A DNA stretch of 64,000 nucleotides from Solirubrobacteraceae bacterium (GTDB lineage Bacteria; Actinomycetota; Thermoleophilia; Solirubrobacterales; Solirubrobacteraceae), in the NCBI GenBank assembly GCA_034664395.1, contig JAXDHQ010000015.1, positions 705 to 64,704 on the forward strand, given 5' to 3'. The notes below the pieces were generated by a model that saw only the letters and a list, made by a program, of their open reading frames with translations, was not told the DNA's origin and did not search any database. Positions 42,702-51,032 of this stretch are shown here, one piece after another (within the stretch, counting starts at the first letter, position 1; every line of letters begins with the position of its first letter). The position numbers and the translations under genes are program-made.

Positions 42702-43073
42702 ATGACCCTCTGGGACGGCATCCGCTGGCTGCACCTCCTGGCCGTCGCCTTCTTCGTCGGCGGCCAGCTCTTCCTGGCCGCCTGCGTGGTGCCGGTCGTG
42801 CGCGACGACCGCGCCCGCATGCAGGCGGTTGCCCGGCGCTTCGGCTACGGCACGCTGATCGCGCTCGCGGTCCTGCTCGTCACCGGCGCGGCGATGGCCT
42901 CGCACTTCGGCGACTGGAGCCGCCCGACGCTGCACGTCAAGCTCGCGCTCGTCGCACTCGCCGGCGTGCTCGTCGTCGTCCACATGCGCCGGCCGCGCGA
43001 CCACTGGATGGAGGGCCTGGTCTTCGTGGTCTCGCTGGCGATCGTGTGGCTCGGCGTGGCTTTGGCCCACTAG
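42702..43073 (+). CDS. Small integral membrane protein (about 4 TM helices), hypothetical
   Basis: ATG 42702 within ORF 41544..43073, 123 aa: MTLWDGIRWLHLLAVAFFVGGQLFLAACVVP.. Hydrophobic segments alternate with short basic loops. Confidence 0.6.
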   Translation: MTLWDGIRWLHLLAVAFFVGGQLFLAACVVPVVRDDRARMQAVARRFGYGTLIALAVLLVTGAAMASHFGDWSRPTLHVKLALVALAGVLVVVHMRRPRDHWMEGLVFVVSLAIVWLGVALAH

Positions 43074-43099
43074 ATGACTGATTCCACGACCCCCGCCCC

Positions 43100-44527
43100 G
43101 TGAACTTCGCCCGCGACGTCGTCGAGGCCGGCCACCCCCAGCGCCTCGCGCTGATCGAGCGCGCGCGCGACGGCACGCGGCGCGAGTGGAGCTTCGGCGA
43201 GGTCGCCCGCGCGTCGGTGCGGCTCGCCGCCCACCTCGACGGCCTCGGCGTGCGTCGCGGCGACGTCGTCCTGACGCTCGTCGGCAACCGCCCCGAGTGG
43301 GTGATCGCCATGGTCGCCTGCTTCCGCCAGGGGTTCGTCGTGCTGCCGTGCACCGAGCAGCTTCGGCCCAAGGACCTGCGCCTGCGCCTGGACGCGACGA
43401 GCCCGGCGGTGGTCGTCTGCGACGAGCGCAACGCCGGCGTCCTCGCCGACGCGGGCTGGGACGGACCGACCGTCCCGGTCCCGTGGGGCGAGCTGCCCGA
43501 AGGCCCCTCGCCCGCCGCGGCCGAGCTCGCGCCCGAGGACCCGTGCCTGATCACGTTCACCAGCGGGACGGCGGGCGAGCCCAAGGCCGTCGTCCACGCC
43601 CAGCGCTACCTGACCGGCCAGCGGCTCCAGGCCGAGCACTGGCTCGACGCGCGCGCGGGCGAGCTCGTCTGGTGCACCGCGGCCAGCGGCTGGAGCAAGT
43701 CGGCGCGCAACGTGTTCATCGCGCCGTGGATCCGCGGCGCCGCCGCGCTGCTGCACGACGCCCGCTTCGACGCCCACGAGCGCCTGGAGGTGCTCGCCGA
43801 GGAGCCGGTCGCCGTGCTGTGCATGGCGCCGACCGAGTACCGCGTCATCGCCAAGCGCGCCGAGCCGCGGCCGACCGCCGCGCTGCGCGGGCTCGTGGCC
43901 GCGGGCGAGGCGCTCAACCCCGAGGTGCTGCGCGCCTGGCGCGAGGCGACGGGCCTGTGGGTTCGCGACGGCTACGGGCAGACCGAGACCGGCCAGATCA
44001 CCGGGATGCCGCTGGACACCGAGGCGGTCCCCGGTTCGATGGGCCGCCCGCTGCCCGGCATCCGCGCGTGGGTGGACGACGGCGAGCTGGTCGTCGACCC
44101 CGCGACGGTGCCCACGTTCTTCCGCGGCTACCTGGGCGAGGACGCGCCGGGCGGCGAGTGGCGCACGGGCGACCGCGTGACCCGCGACGAGCGCGGCCTC
44201 CTGTTCTTCGAGGGGCGCACCGACGACGTCATCATCTCGGCCGGCTACCGCATCGGCCCCTTCGAGGTCGAGTCGGCGCTGGTCGAGCACCCCGCCGTCC
44301 AGGAGGCGGCGGTCGTCGCGGCACCCGACGACGAGCGCGGCGCCGTCGTGCGCGCGGTCGTCGTCCTGCGCGACGGCCACGTCCCCTCCGACGCGCTCGC
44401 CCGCGAGCTGCAGGACCACGTCAAGGAGCAGACGGCGCCCTACAAGTACCCGCGCATCGTCGACTTCGCGGACGACCTGCCCAAGACGCCCAGCGGGAAG
44501 ATCCGCCGGGCGGCGCTGCGCGGCTAG
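43100..44527 (+). CDS. AMP-forming acyl-CoA synthetase (medium-chain type)
   Basis: 475 aa, GTG start: ..ITFTSGTAGEPK.., ..DGYGQTETG.., ..TGDRV..DERGLLFFEGRTDD.., ..LPKTPSGKIRR.. Confidence 0.9.
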   Translation: MNFARDVVEAGHPQRLALIERARDGTRREWSFGEVARASVRLAAHLDGLGVRRGDVVLTLVGNRPEWVIAMVACFRQGFVVLPCTEQLRPKDLRLRLDATSPAVVVCDERNAGVLADAGWDGPTVPVPWGELPEGPSPAAAELAPEDPCLITFTSGTAGEPKAVVHAQRYLTGQRLQAEHWLDARAGELVWCTAASGWSKSARNVFIAPWIRGAAALLHDARFDAHERLEVLAEEPVAVLCMAPTEYRVIAKRAEPRPTAALRGLVAAGEALNPEVLRAWREATGLWVRDGYGQTETGQITGMPLDTEAVPGSMGRPLPGIRAWVDDGELVVDPATVPTFFRGYLGEDAPGGEWRTGDRVTRDERGLLFFEGRTDDVIISAGYRIGPFEVESALVEHPAVQEAAVVAAPDDERGAVVRAVVVLRDGHVPSDALARELQDHVKEQTAPYKYPRIVDFADDLPKTPSGKIRRAALRG

Positions 44528-45264
44528 ACGGACGCGCCCGGGCAGCCCGACGGCAGCCCCGGCCGGTACGGCAGGCGAACCACGCGCTCGGAGACGTTGT
44601 TGGTCTCGTCGGACTCGATCACGTGGCGCTCGGGGTCGACGCGCTGGACGATCGCGAAGCAGCCGCGCAGGCCGGTCACGTCGATCCAGTTGCCCGGGTA
44701 GGAGGCCGGGTAGATGTCGGCCCAGCCCACCGACGTCCCGAGCCTGACCTCGCGCTTGGTGGCGCGCTGGTTGCAGGCGCCGAAGGCCTGCTCGCGGTCG
44801 ACCTCGCCGCCGAAGCGCACCCGCTCGAGGTCGCGGAAGCAGTAGTTGCGCTTGGGCCCCACCCGCACGAGCGCGACCCGCGCGCCCGTGGGATCCACGG
44901 TCCACAGCTCGAAGCGCGCGGCGTCCTGGAACTTCCAGTAGGAGCCGCCGCGGCTGGGCACGGAGGTGTAGTAGAGCTCGGCCCCCGTGGTCACCCGATA
45001 GCGGCCGCCGGCGGCGTCGGTCAGGACCTGGCGGGCGACCATCTCGCGCCGCGACACGCGCTGCCCGACGAACTCCAGCGGGCCCGAGCCGACGTTGACG
45101 ATGCGGTTCGCCATGCGCAGCACGACGCGGCGCCCCGACGGCGTGCGCTCGGCGCGGAGCTGCGTCGCCGGCGCGATGACGAGGTCCGGGCACTGCAGGG
45201 GCCCTGCCGGGTCCTGGCAGGAGGTCGCGGCGGCCAGGGCCGCCAGCGCTGCTACACCGATCAC
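44524..45264 (-). CDS. Secreted lysyl-oxidase-fold protein lacking the His-rich copper motif
   Basis: 246 aa, GTG start, hydrophobic N-terminus ..AALAALAAATSC.. The C-terminal ..GWADIYPASYPGNWIDVTGLRGCFAIVQRVDPERHVIESDETNNV.. parallels animal LOX ..[40 protein letters not shown].. (recalled from memory). ..GPKRNYCFRD.. parallels ..GHKASFCLED.. Confidence 0.65.
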   Translation of the reverse strand: MIGVAALAALAAATSCQDPAGPLQCPDLVIAPATQLRAERTPSGRRVVLRMANRIVNVGSGPLEFVGQRVSRREMVARQVLTDAAGGRYRVTTGAELYYTSVPSRGGSYWKFQDAARFELWTVDPTGARVALVRVGPKRNYCFRDLERVRFGGEVDREQAFGACNQRATKREVRLGTSVGWADIYPASYPGNWIDVTGLRGCFAIVQRVDPERHVIESDETNNVSERVVRLPYRPGLPSGCPGASV

Positions 45265-45273
45265 AGGCCCGAG

Positions 45274-46656
45274 TCAGGCGGTGAGGTCGTGGGCCATCTC
45301 GTCGAACACTGCCACGTAGCGGTCGACGGACTCGTCGGTATGGGTGACCGACAGCGTCCACTCCTCTTCGCGCCCCGGCGTCATGAAGATGCCGCGGTTC
45401 ATGTTGAACAGCCACGCCAGGTCGGCGAGCGCGGCGTCCTGGTTGGCCTTGAACGTCTCGTAGTCGATGATCTCAACCGGCGAGAAGGTCACGCACCCCT
45501 TCGAGCCCACGCCGACCGCGTAGCCCGGCAGGTCGTACGTGCGGATGACCTCGCTGCAGCCGCGCAGGATGCGGTCGTTGAGCGCGTCGAGGCGGTCGTA
45601 GGCCTCGGGCGTCAGGACCTCGAGCAGGTTGGCCCGGGCGGCCGCCATGCCCAGCGGGTTGCCGTTGTAGGTGCCGACCTGGAAGACGGAGCCGTCCTCG
45701 ACGACCGACATGACCTCCTCGCTGCCGCCGATCGCCCCGGTCGGCATGCCGCCGCCCAGCGCCTTGGCGAGCGTGACCATGTCGGGCATGACGCCCCAGC
45801 GCTCGACGGCGCCGCCGGCCGCGATGCACAGGCCGGTCTTGACCTCGTCGAAGATGAGCACGACGCCGTGGCGGCGCGTGATGTCGCGCACGGCCTCGAG
45901 ATAGCCGTCCTGCGGGAGGACGACGCCGAGGTTCATCATCGCCGCCTCCATGATCACGCAGGCGGGCTTGCGGCCCTCGCGATCGAGGGCGACGATGCGC
46001 CGCTCGAGCGACTCGGCGTCGTTGAAGTGCACCGCGAAGACCTGGTCGACCGTCGACTGCGGGATGCCGGCGCCGTAGGGAAGCGACGCGGGAGCGTCGT
46101 GCGGGCCTATGCGGTCGTACTCGACGCCGATCGACACCATCGCGGTGTCGTGGTGGCCGTGGTAGGAGCCGAAGATCTTCATCACCGTGTCGCGCTTGGT
46201 GTACGCCCGCGCGATGCGGATGGCGTCCATCGTCGACTCCGAGCCGGAGTTCGTGTAGCGCCAGCGGTGGATGTCCCAGCGGCGCGCCAGCTCCTCGCCG
46301 ACGACGATCGCGTCCTCGGTCGGGGCGGCGAAGTGCGTGCCGCGGACGTAGCGCTCGCCGATGGCCTTGCCGATCGCGGGGTGGGCGTGGCCCTGGATCA
46401 TCGAGCCGAAGCCGTTGTGGAAGTCGTACATCTCGTTGCCGTCGACGTCCCACACGCGGGGGCCCTCGCCGTGCTCGAGGTAGATCGGCCACGGCTCCCG
46501 GAGCTGGTAGGACGAGGCGACGCCGCCGGTGAGCACCTCGCGGGCGCGGTCGTACATGCGCTGCGAGCCCTGGGTGCGCTCGTTGAGGCGCTGCTCCTCG
46601 CGCTCGGTCAGCTCCGCGATGCGCTGGCGGTCGAGCTGGATCGGGGTGGTGGCCAT
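45274..46656 (-). CDS. Class III (GSA-aminomutase-like) PLP-dependent aminotransferase
   Basis: 460 aa: ..DVDGNEMYDFHNGFGS.., ..YTNSGSESTM.., ..LIFDEVKTG.. (PLP Lys follows in ..TLAKALGGG..). Confidence 0.88.
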   Translation of the reverse strand: MATTPIQLDRQRIAELTEREEQRLNERTQGSQRMYDRAREVLTGGVASSYQLREPWPIYLEHGEGPRVWDVDGNEMYDFHNGFGSMIQGHAHPAIGKAIGERYVRGTHFAAPTEDAIVVGEELARRWDIHRWRYTNSGSESTMDAIRIARAYTKRDTVMKIFGSYHGHHDTAMVSIGVEYDRIGPHDAPASLPYGAGIPQSTVDQVFAVHFNDAESLERRIVALDREGRKPACVIMEAAMMNLGVVLPQDGYLEAVRDITRRHGVVLIFDEVKTGLCIAAGGAVERWGVMPDMVTLAKALGGGMPTGAIGGSEEVMSVVEDGSVFQVGTYNGNPLGMAAARANLLEVLTPEAYDRLDALNDRILRGCSEVIRTYDLPGYAVGVGSKGCVTFSPVEIIDYETFKANQDAALADLAWLFNMNRGIFMTPGREEEWTLSVTHTDESVDRYVAVFDEMAHDLTA

Positions 46657-46693
46657 GGAGCCAGTGTAAGCGGCCCCCGGTGCAGCGAGACGG

Positions 46694-46903
46694 CTAATCC
46701 AGCGTGCGCAGATCGTACGACCCGCACACCGAGCAGGTCCCGCTGACGGTGTGGCCGACCCACGCCGTGACGTGGGCGCCGCACTCCGTGCACGCGCAGC
46801 GCACGTCGCGCAACTCGGGCGCCGCGGCCGGCGCGGGGGGTGCGGCGGACGGCGGCGCGGACACGCCGAGGGGTGTGAACGAGGCCTTCACTGGACCGTT
46901 CAT
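46694..46903 (-). CDS. Small zinc-ribbon protein (69 aa), hypothetical
   Basis: ATG 46903 within ORF 46694..47854: MNGPVKASFTPLG..(Pro/Ala linker)..LRDVRCACTECGAHVTAWVGHTVSGTCSVCGSYDL. It has CxxC x17 CxxC and is the first gene of the aminotransferase operon. Confidence 0.5.
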   Translation of the reverse strand: MNGPVKASFTPLGVSAPPSAAPPAPAAAPELRDVRCACTECGAHVTAWVGHTVSGTCSVCGSYDLRTLD

Positions 46904-47026
46904 CGGCACGTCTGCCTCGAACGCACACGAACTGCAGGAAAACTGGACATATGCGCGGCAAAAGGCGCGGCGGCGCTCTTTTGCACCCGGCCCCGCGGCT
47001 CGCACCGCAGCGGTACGGTGTCGTCC

Positions 47027-47752
47027 ATGGCGCACGACGCGGCCGTGGCCGCCGTCTTCGAGCCTGTGGCGCCCCCGACGACCTTCGAGGAGACCGTCGA
47101 GCGCCTCGGGAGCGCGATCCGGCTGGGGATCCTCGGGCCCGGGACGCGGCTGCCGTCCGAGCGCGAGCTCGCCGACCAGCTCGGTATCTCGCGCTCGACG
47201 CTGCGCCAGGCGATCACCACGCTCGTGCAGTCCGGCCACATCACGTCGGTGCGGGGACGCGGCGGCGGCACCTTCGTCGTCCAGGAGCCGCCGCTGGCCG
47301 AGGGCAGCCCCGCCGGCGCGGTCCGCCCGGACTGGCGCCTGGTGCTGGACCTGCGCGTGGCCATCGAGATCGGCGCCGCCACGCTCGCCGCCGAACGCGC
47401 CGGCGACGACGACCTCGCGCTCATGCGCGGGTGCGTGGAGCGGATGAACGCGGCCACCGAGTTCGACGACTACCGGCGCGCCGACGTGGGCTTCCACATG
47501 GCCATCGCCCAGGCCAGCGGCGTGCCGCGCCTGGTCGCGCTCATGACCGAGGTGCATTCCGACGTGGCGGAGCTCATCGCCCACATCGCCCACCCGCCCG
47601 AGGTCCTCGCCCACTCCAACCTCGAGCACGCCAAGATCGTCGACGCGTGGGCCCGCGGCGAGGGCGCCCGCGGCATCACGCTCCTGCGCCGCCACCTCGA
47701 GGGCACCGAGCACATCCTCGGCGGCCTGTTCCCGGCGGGGGCGCCGGCCTGA
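47027..47752 (+). CDS. GntR-family (FadR/FCD subfamily) transcriptional regulator
   Basis: ATG 47027 within ORF 46751..47752, 241 aa: ..LPSERELADQLGISRSTLRQAITTLVQSGHITSVRGRGGGTFV.. plus a helical FCD-like C-terminal domain. Confidence 0.88.
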   Translation: MAHDAAVAAVFEPVAPPTTFEETVERLGSAIRLGILGPGTRLPSERELADQLGISRSTLRQAITTLVQSGHITSVRGRGGGTFVVQEPPLAEGSPAGAVRPDWRLVLDLRVAIEIGAATLAAERAGDDDLALMRGCVERMNAATEFDDYRRADVGFHMAIAQASGVPRLVALMTEVHSDVAELIAHIAHPPEVLAHSNLEHAKIVDAWARGEGARGITLLRRHLEGTEHILGGLFPAGAPA

Positions 47753-48122
47753 GGTTGGTGGTGGCGCGGGCGGTGGCGGCGCCGCGCGCGCTCCGCGTCG
47801 CGTGGGCGGCGCCGCGCGGCGAGGCACCGAGGGAAAGCGACGCGATCCCCGCATCCGTCACGACTCTGCGCAGCCTCTGCCTTCCCTTCGCGCCCCGGGC
47901 GGGCGGCGTCGCCCGCGCGGCCCCGGGGCGCCACCTGCGACGGCGGAGGCCCGAAGCGTCACGAAACGCCGCGAGATCGCTTCCCCTCGGTGCCCTGTCG
48001 GCCACGAACGCGCGCGGCAGACGAACGGCGCCGCGACCTGGAGGGCGGCGGCCTGGGCGAGAACTGCGAAAGCGGGCCTGGGCGAGAGCCGCGAGGCGGC
48101 GCTGCGCGGTGAGCGACGAAGG
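47751..48122 (+). repeat. Dispersed intergenic multi-block repeat, copy C (boundaries approximate)
   Basis: It fills the 377-bp gap between two convergent GntR genes. It lacks the hairpin block. It contains both CGTCACGA boxes (47856-47900 and 47957-48000) and the 62-nt core 47957-48018. Confidence 0.8.
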
Positions 48123-48129
48123 ACGTCCG

Positions 48130-48801
48130 CTAGGTAGAGCCGCGCCGCCGCGGCACGCGCACGAGCGGCGCCCACGCCAGCGGGTGCTCGCCGGCGCCCT
48201 CCTGGGCCAGGAGCAGCCGCGCCGTGTTCAGCAGGTGCGCGCGCATCCGCTCGGCCGCCGCGGGGGCGTCGCGCGCGCGCAGTGCCGCCATCACCTCCAC
48301 GTGCTCGGCGTGGATGGCGCGCAGGTCGCGGCTGCGCCCCACCGTCGACGCGCCGCGGAAGCGCACGAGGTCGCGGAGCTGGCCGACGAGCGCGGCGAGG
48401 CGGCGGTTGCCGGCCGCCATGAGCAGGATCTCGTGGAAGCGCGTGTCGTGGGCCATGAACGCCGCCTCGTCGCCGGCGTCGGCCAGGCCCTCCATCGCCT
48501 CGAGCTCGCGGGCCAGGTCGGCGAGGTCGTCATCGGTCAGCAGCCCGCACGCCCGCTCGGTGGCGGGGACCTCGAGCAGCAGCCGCAGGGTGAAGACCTC
48601 CTCGAGGTCGTGCGCCGAGGTCTGCAGCACCCGCACGCCGCGGTTGCGCTCGAAGCGCACCACGCCCTGGCGCTCGAGCAGGAGCAGCGCCTCGCGCACC
48701 GGGGTGCGCGAGACGCCGAACTGCTCGGCCAGCCTGGCCACCGAGTAGCGCTCGCCCGCGGCCAGGCGGCCGTCGACGATCGCCGCGCGGATGGCGTCCA
48801 A
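48130..48801 (-). CDS. GntR-family (FadR/FCD subfamily) transcriptional regulator; start codon uncertain
   Basis: C-terminal part of ORF 48130..49647: ..YSVARLAEQFGVSRTPVREALLLLERQGVV.. plus an FCD-like domain. The first canonical in-frame start after the upstream gene's stop is TTG 48801. An in-frame CTG at 48882 overlaps that stop (CTGA). Confidence 0.8.
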   Translation of the reverse strand: MDAIRAAIVDGRLAAGERYSVARLAEQFGVSRTPVREALLLLERQGVVRFERNRGVRVLQTSAHDLEEVFTLRLLLEVPATERACGLLTDDDLADLARELEAMEGLADAGDEAAFMAHDTRFHEILLMAAGNRRLAALVGQLRDLVRFRGASTVGRSRDLRAIHAEHVEVMAALRARDAPAAAERMRAHLLNTARLLLAQEGAGEHPLAWAPLVRVPRRRGST

Positions 48802-48878
48802 CGCCCGCGCGGTGAGCGTCGAGCGCTCGAGCGCGAGGCTCTCGAGCGCCCGCTCGCCGCCGTTGGCGCCGACCGCGC

Positions 48879-49679
48879 TCAGTCGTAGTACTCCGGGACG
48901 TGCTTGAAGCGGGGCCAGGCGTCCGGGTCGTGGCCGGTGACCACCGTCGAGCCCGACCGCTCGGCGATGCGATGCAGCTTGCGCACCGAGCGCACGGTGT
49001 CCACGGTCGAGGCGAGGAAGCCCGGCAGCGCCTGCTCGTTCCAGTGGTCCATCGTGTACGCAGCGTCCACGGTGAGCAGGACGGAACCGGTGTTGGGCAG
49101 CGTGATCTCGAACGACTGGTGGCCCGGGGCGTGGCCGGGCGACTGCCACATGCGGATCGTGCCGTCGCCGTAGAGGTCGTAGCCGTCGTCGGTGCCCTCG
49201 AGCAGCACCCACTCGATGCCCGGCTTGTTGAAGTCGGCCTGGATGTAGCCGCCGGCGGCGAACCAGTCGGGCGCGTGGCCGTACTCGAACTCGGTGCGCG
49301 TGGCGAACACCTTGGCATTGGGGAACTGGTCGATCGCGGCCAGCGCGCCCGTGTGGTCGAGGTGCAGGTGCGACTGCAGGACGTAGCTGACGCTGGCCGG
49401 GTCGAAGCCGGCGGCCTGCAGCGCCGGGACGCACGCCTGCTCGGGCGTCATGACCGGGTCGTACACGTCGACCACCTCGCCCCAGTGGCCGCGCGGGTCG
49501 GTGGCGCACTCGGCCGCGTTGCCGCCGTCGATGACGACGTTGCCGCGCGGGTGGGCGATCAGGAACCACGGCACGGGGATCTCGTACTCCTCCCCCAGCC
49601 CCTGGTTCATCTTGATGTTCTCGACGTGGCACTTCAGCGTGCCGCACTCGAACATGTACAGCCGGACGTCGTCGGGCAT
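48879..49679 (-). CDS. MBL-fold lactonase (N-acyl-homoserine-lactonase-like family)
   Basis: ATG 49679 is preceded by AGGAGGAG, 266 aa: ..YMFECGTLKC.., ..VLQSHLHLDHTG.., ..SPGHAPGH.., ..VVTGHDPD.. Confidence 0.8.
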   Translation of the reverse strand: MPDDVRLYMFECGTLKCHVENIKMNQGLGEEYEIPVPWFLIAHPRGNVVIDGGNAAECATDPRGHWGEVVDVYDPVMTPEQACVPALQAAGFDPASVSYVLQSHLHLDHTGALAAIDQFPNAKVFATRTEFEYGHAPDWFAAGGYIQADFNKPGIEWVLLEGTDDGYDLYGDGTIRMWQSPGHAPGHQSFEITLPNTGSVLLTVDAAYTMDHWNEQALPGFLASTVDTVRSVRKLHRIAERSGSTVVTGHDPDAWPRFKHVPEYYD

Positions 49680-49693
49680 GGGCTCTCCTCCTG

Positions 49694-50974
49694 TCACCAG
49701 TTGGTCATGGACGCGTTCAGGATGTGGCCGAGGTCGGTGTCGGTGACCTCGCGCGGGCTGACGACCAGCAGCCGCTGCTGCTTGAGCGCCCCCTCCACGA
49801 GGGCGGGGACGTCGTCCTCGGTGTAGCCCAGCTCGGCGATCCCGCGCGGCGCGTCGACGTCGCGCATGAGCTGGCGCAGGATGTCGGGCAGCGTGTCCGG
49901 GCCGGGGTTCTCGATCGGCTCGCCGGCGAGGAGCTCGGCCACGTGGTGGTGGCGCTCGGGCATCGCCTCGTAGGTGAAGCGGAACGCCGCCGGCGCGGTG
50001 ACGATGACCGAGTGCCCGTGCGGGACGAACGGGTGGTCGTCGGGATATCCGGGCGGCTGATAGGTGTGCTTGAGCCCGGCGATCGGATACGCGCACGCGT
50101 GCGGGACGTGCACGCCGGCCGAGCCGAAGCCGACGCCGGCCATGGTGGCGGCCAGCATCATCAGCCCGCGCGCCTCGAGGTCGTCGGGGTCGGCGACGGC
50201 GCGGCGCAGGTAGCGCCCGCCGTACTCCAGGGCCTTGGCCGACCACACGTCGGCCACCGGGTTGGACCCCTGATAGGGCGGGCGGTCGTCGGGCGACGCC
50301 GGCCGCTCGCGGTGGTCGTAGGGCCGCGAGAGATAGGACTCGGCCGCGTGGCAGATGACGTCCAGCCCGCTCGACGAGGTGACCTCGGCGGGCAGCGTGC
50401 GCACGAGCTCGGGGTCGACGATCCCCTGCGCGGGGCGCAGGTAGCGGTGCGAGATGCCCGTCTTGACCTTGAGGTCGGGGATGTCGAGCACCGCGACGGT
50501 GGTGGCCTCGGCGCCGGTGCCCGAGCTCGTGGGTATCGCCAGGTGCGGGCGCAGCGGCGACGGCGGCTTGCGCCCCTCGCCGACCGGCGGGTTGACGTAG
50601 TCCATGACCGGCGCCGGGTGCGTGGTGATGAGGTCGGCGACCTTGGCGGTGTCGATGCTCGAGCCGCCGCCCACCGACACGAAGCCGTCCACCCCGGCCT
50701 CCAGGGCGAAGTCGGCCGCGTCCTGCAAGGACTCCAGCGTGGGCTCGACGCGGGCGCGGTCGTAGACCACGACCTCGATGCCCTCGGCCTCGATCGCCTC
50801 GCGGATGCGGTCGGGATGGCCGATCGCGGCCACGCCGGGGTCGGTCACGAGCATGGCGCGGGTGACGCCCAGGCGCTTGAGCTCCCAGCCGGCGTCGGCG
50901 GAGGCGCCGGGCCCGAACTTGATGGGCGTCGCCTCCAGGGTGAAGATCGTCTCGTGGTCGCGGCCGGACGTCAT
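49694..50974 (-). CDS. Iron-containing alcohol dehydrogenase of the hydroxyacid-oxoacid transhydrogenase (ADHFE1/HOT) type
   Basis: ATG 50974 with GGAGGAG 6 nt upstream (alternative ATG 50980), 426 aa: ..[13 protein letters not shown].., and the HOT-like insert ..[29 protein letters not shown].. Confidence 0.75.
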   Translation of the reverse strand: MTSGRDHETIFTLEATPIKFGPGASADAGWELKRLGVTRAMLVTDPGVAAIGHPDRIREAIEAEGIEVVVYDRARVEPTLESLQDAADFALEAGVDGFVSVGGGSSIDTAKVADLITTHPAPVMDYVNPPVGEGRKPPSPLRPHLAIPTSSGTGAEATTVAVLDIPDLKVKTGISHRYLRPAQGIVDPELVRTLPAEVTSSSGLDVICHAAESYLSRPYDHRERPASPDDRPPYQGSNPVADVWSAKALEYGGRYLRRAVADPDDLEARGLMMLAATMAGVGFGSAGVHVPHACAYPIAGLKHTYQPPGYPDDHPFVPHGHSVIVTAPAAFRFTYEAMPERHHHVAELLAGEPIENPGPDTLPDILRQLMRDVDAPRGIAELGYTEDDVPALVEGALKQQRLLVVSPREVTDTDLGHILNASMTNW

Positions 50975-50992
50975 CGCCATCTCCTCCGAACT

Positions 50993-51032
50993 CGTGTCGC
51001 TGGACGGTAGCATGCTACATGTGACCGACACG
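50993..51032. promoter_or_regulatory. Nested palindrome in the HOT / FAD-oxidase divergent gap (candidate GntR operator)
   Basis: CGTGTCG (50993-50999) pairs with CGACACG (51026-51032). They are centred exactly on the perfect 12-mer GTAGCATGCTAC (51007-51018). The candidate start ATG 51012 lies inside the 12-mer. Confidence 0.5.

Noticed and set aside
46904-47026. The gap upstream of the GntR gene contains GGCAAAAGGCGCGGCGGCGCTCTTTTGC, resembling the GCGCTCTTTTGC part of the repeat hairpins. ACTGGAC also occurs twice here.
   Set aside because: Only about 12 nt are shared with the family and none of the other blocks is present. It is more simply a local hairpin in a divergent promoter region. 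The CTGGAC recurrences (also at 51000) are too short to evaluate by eye.
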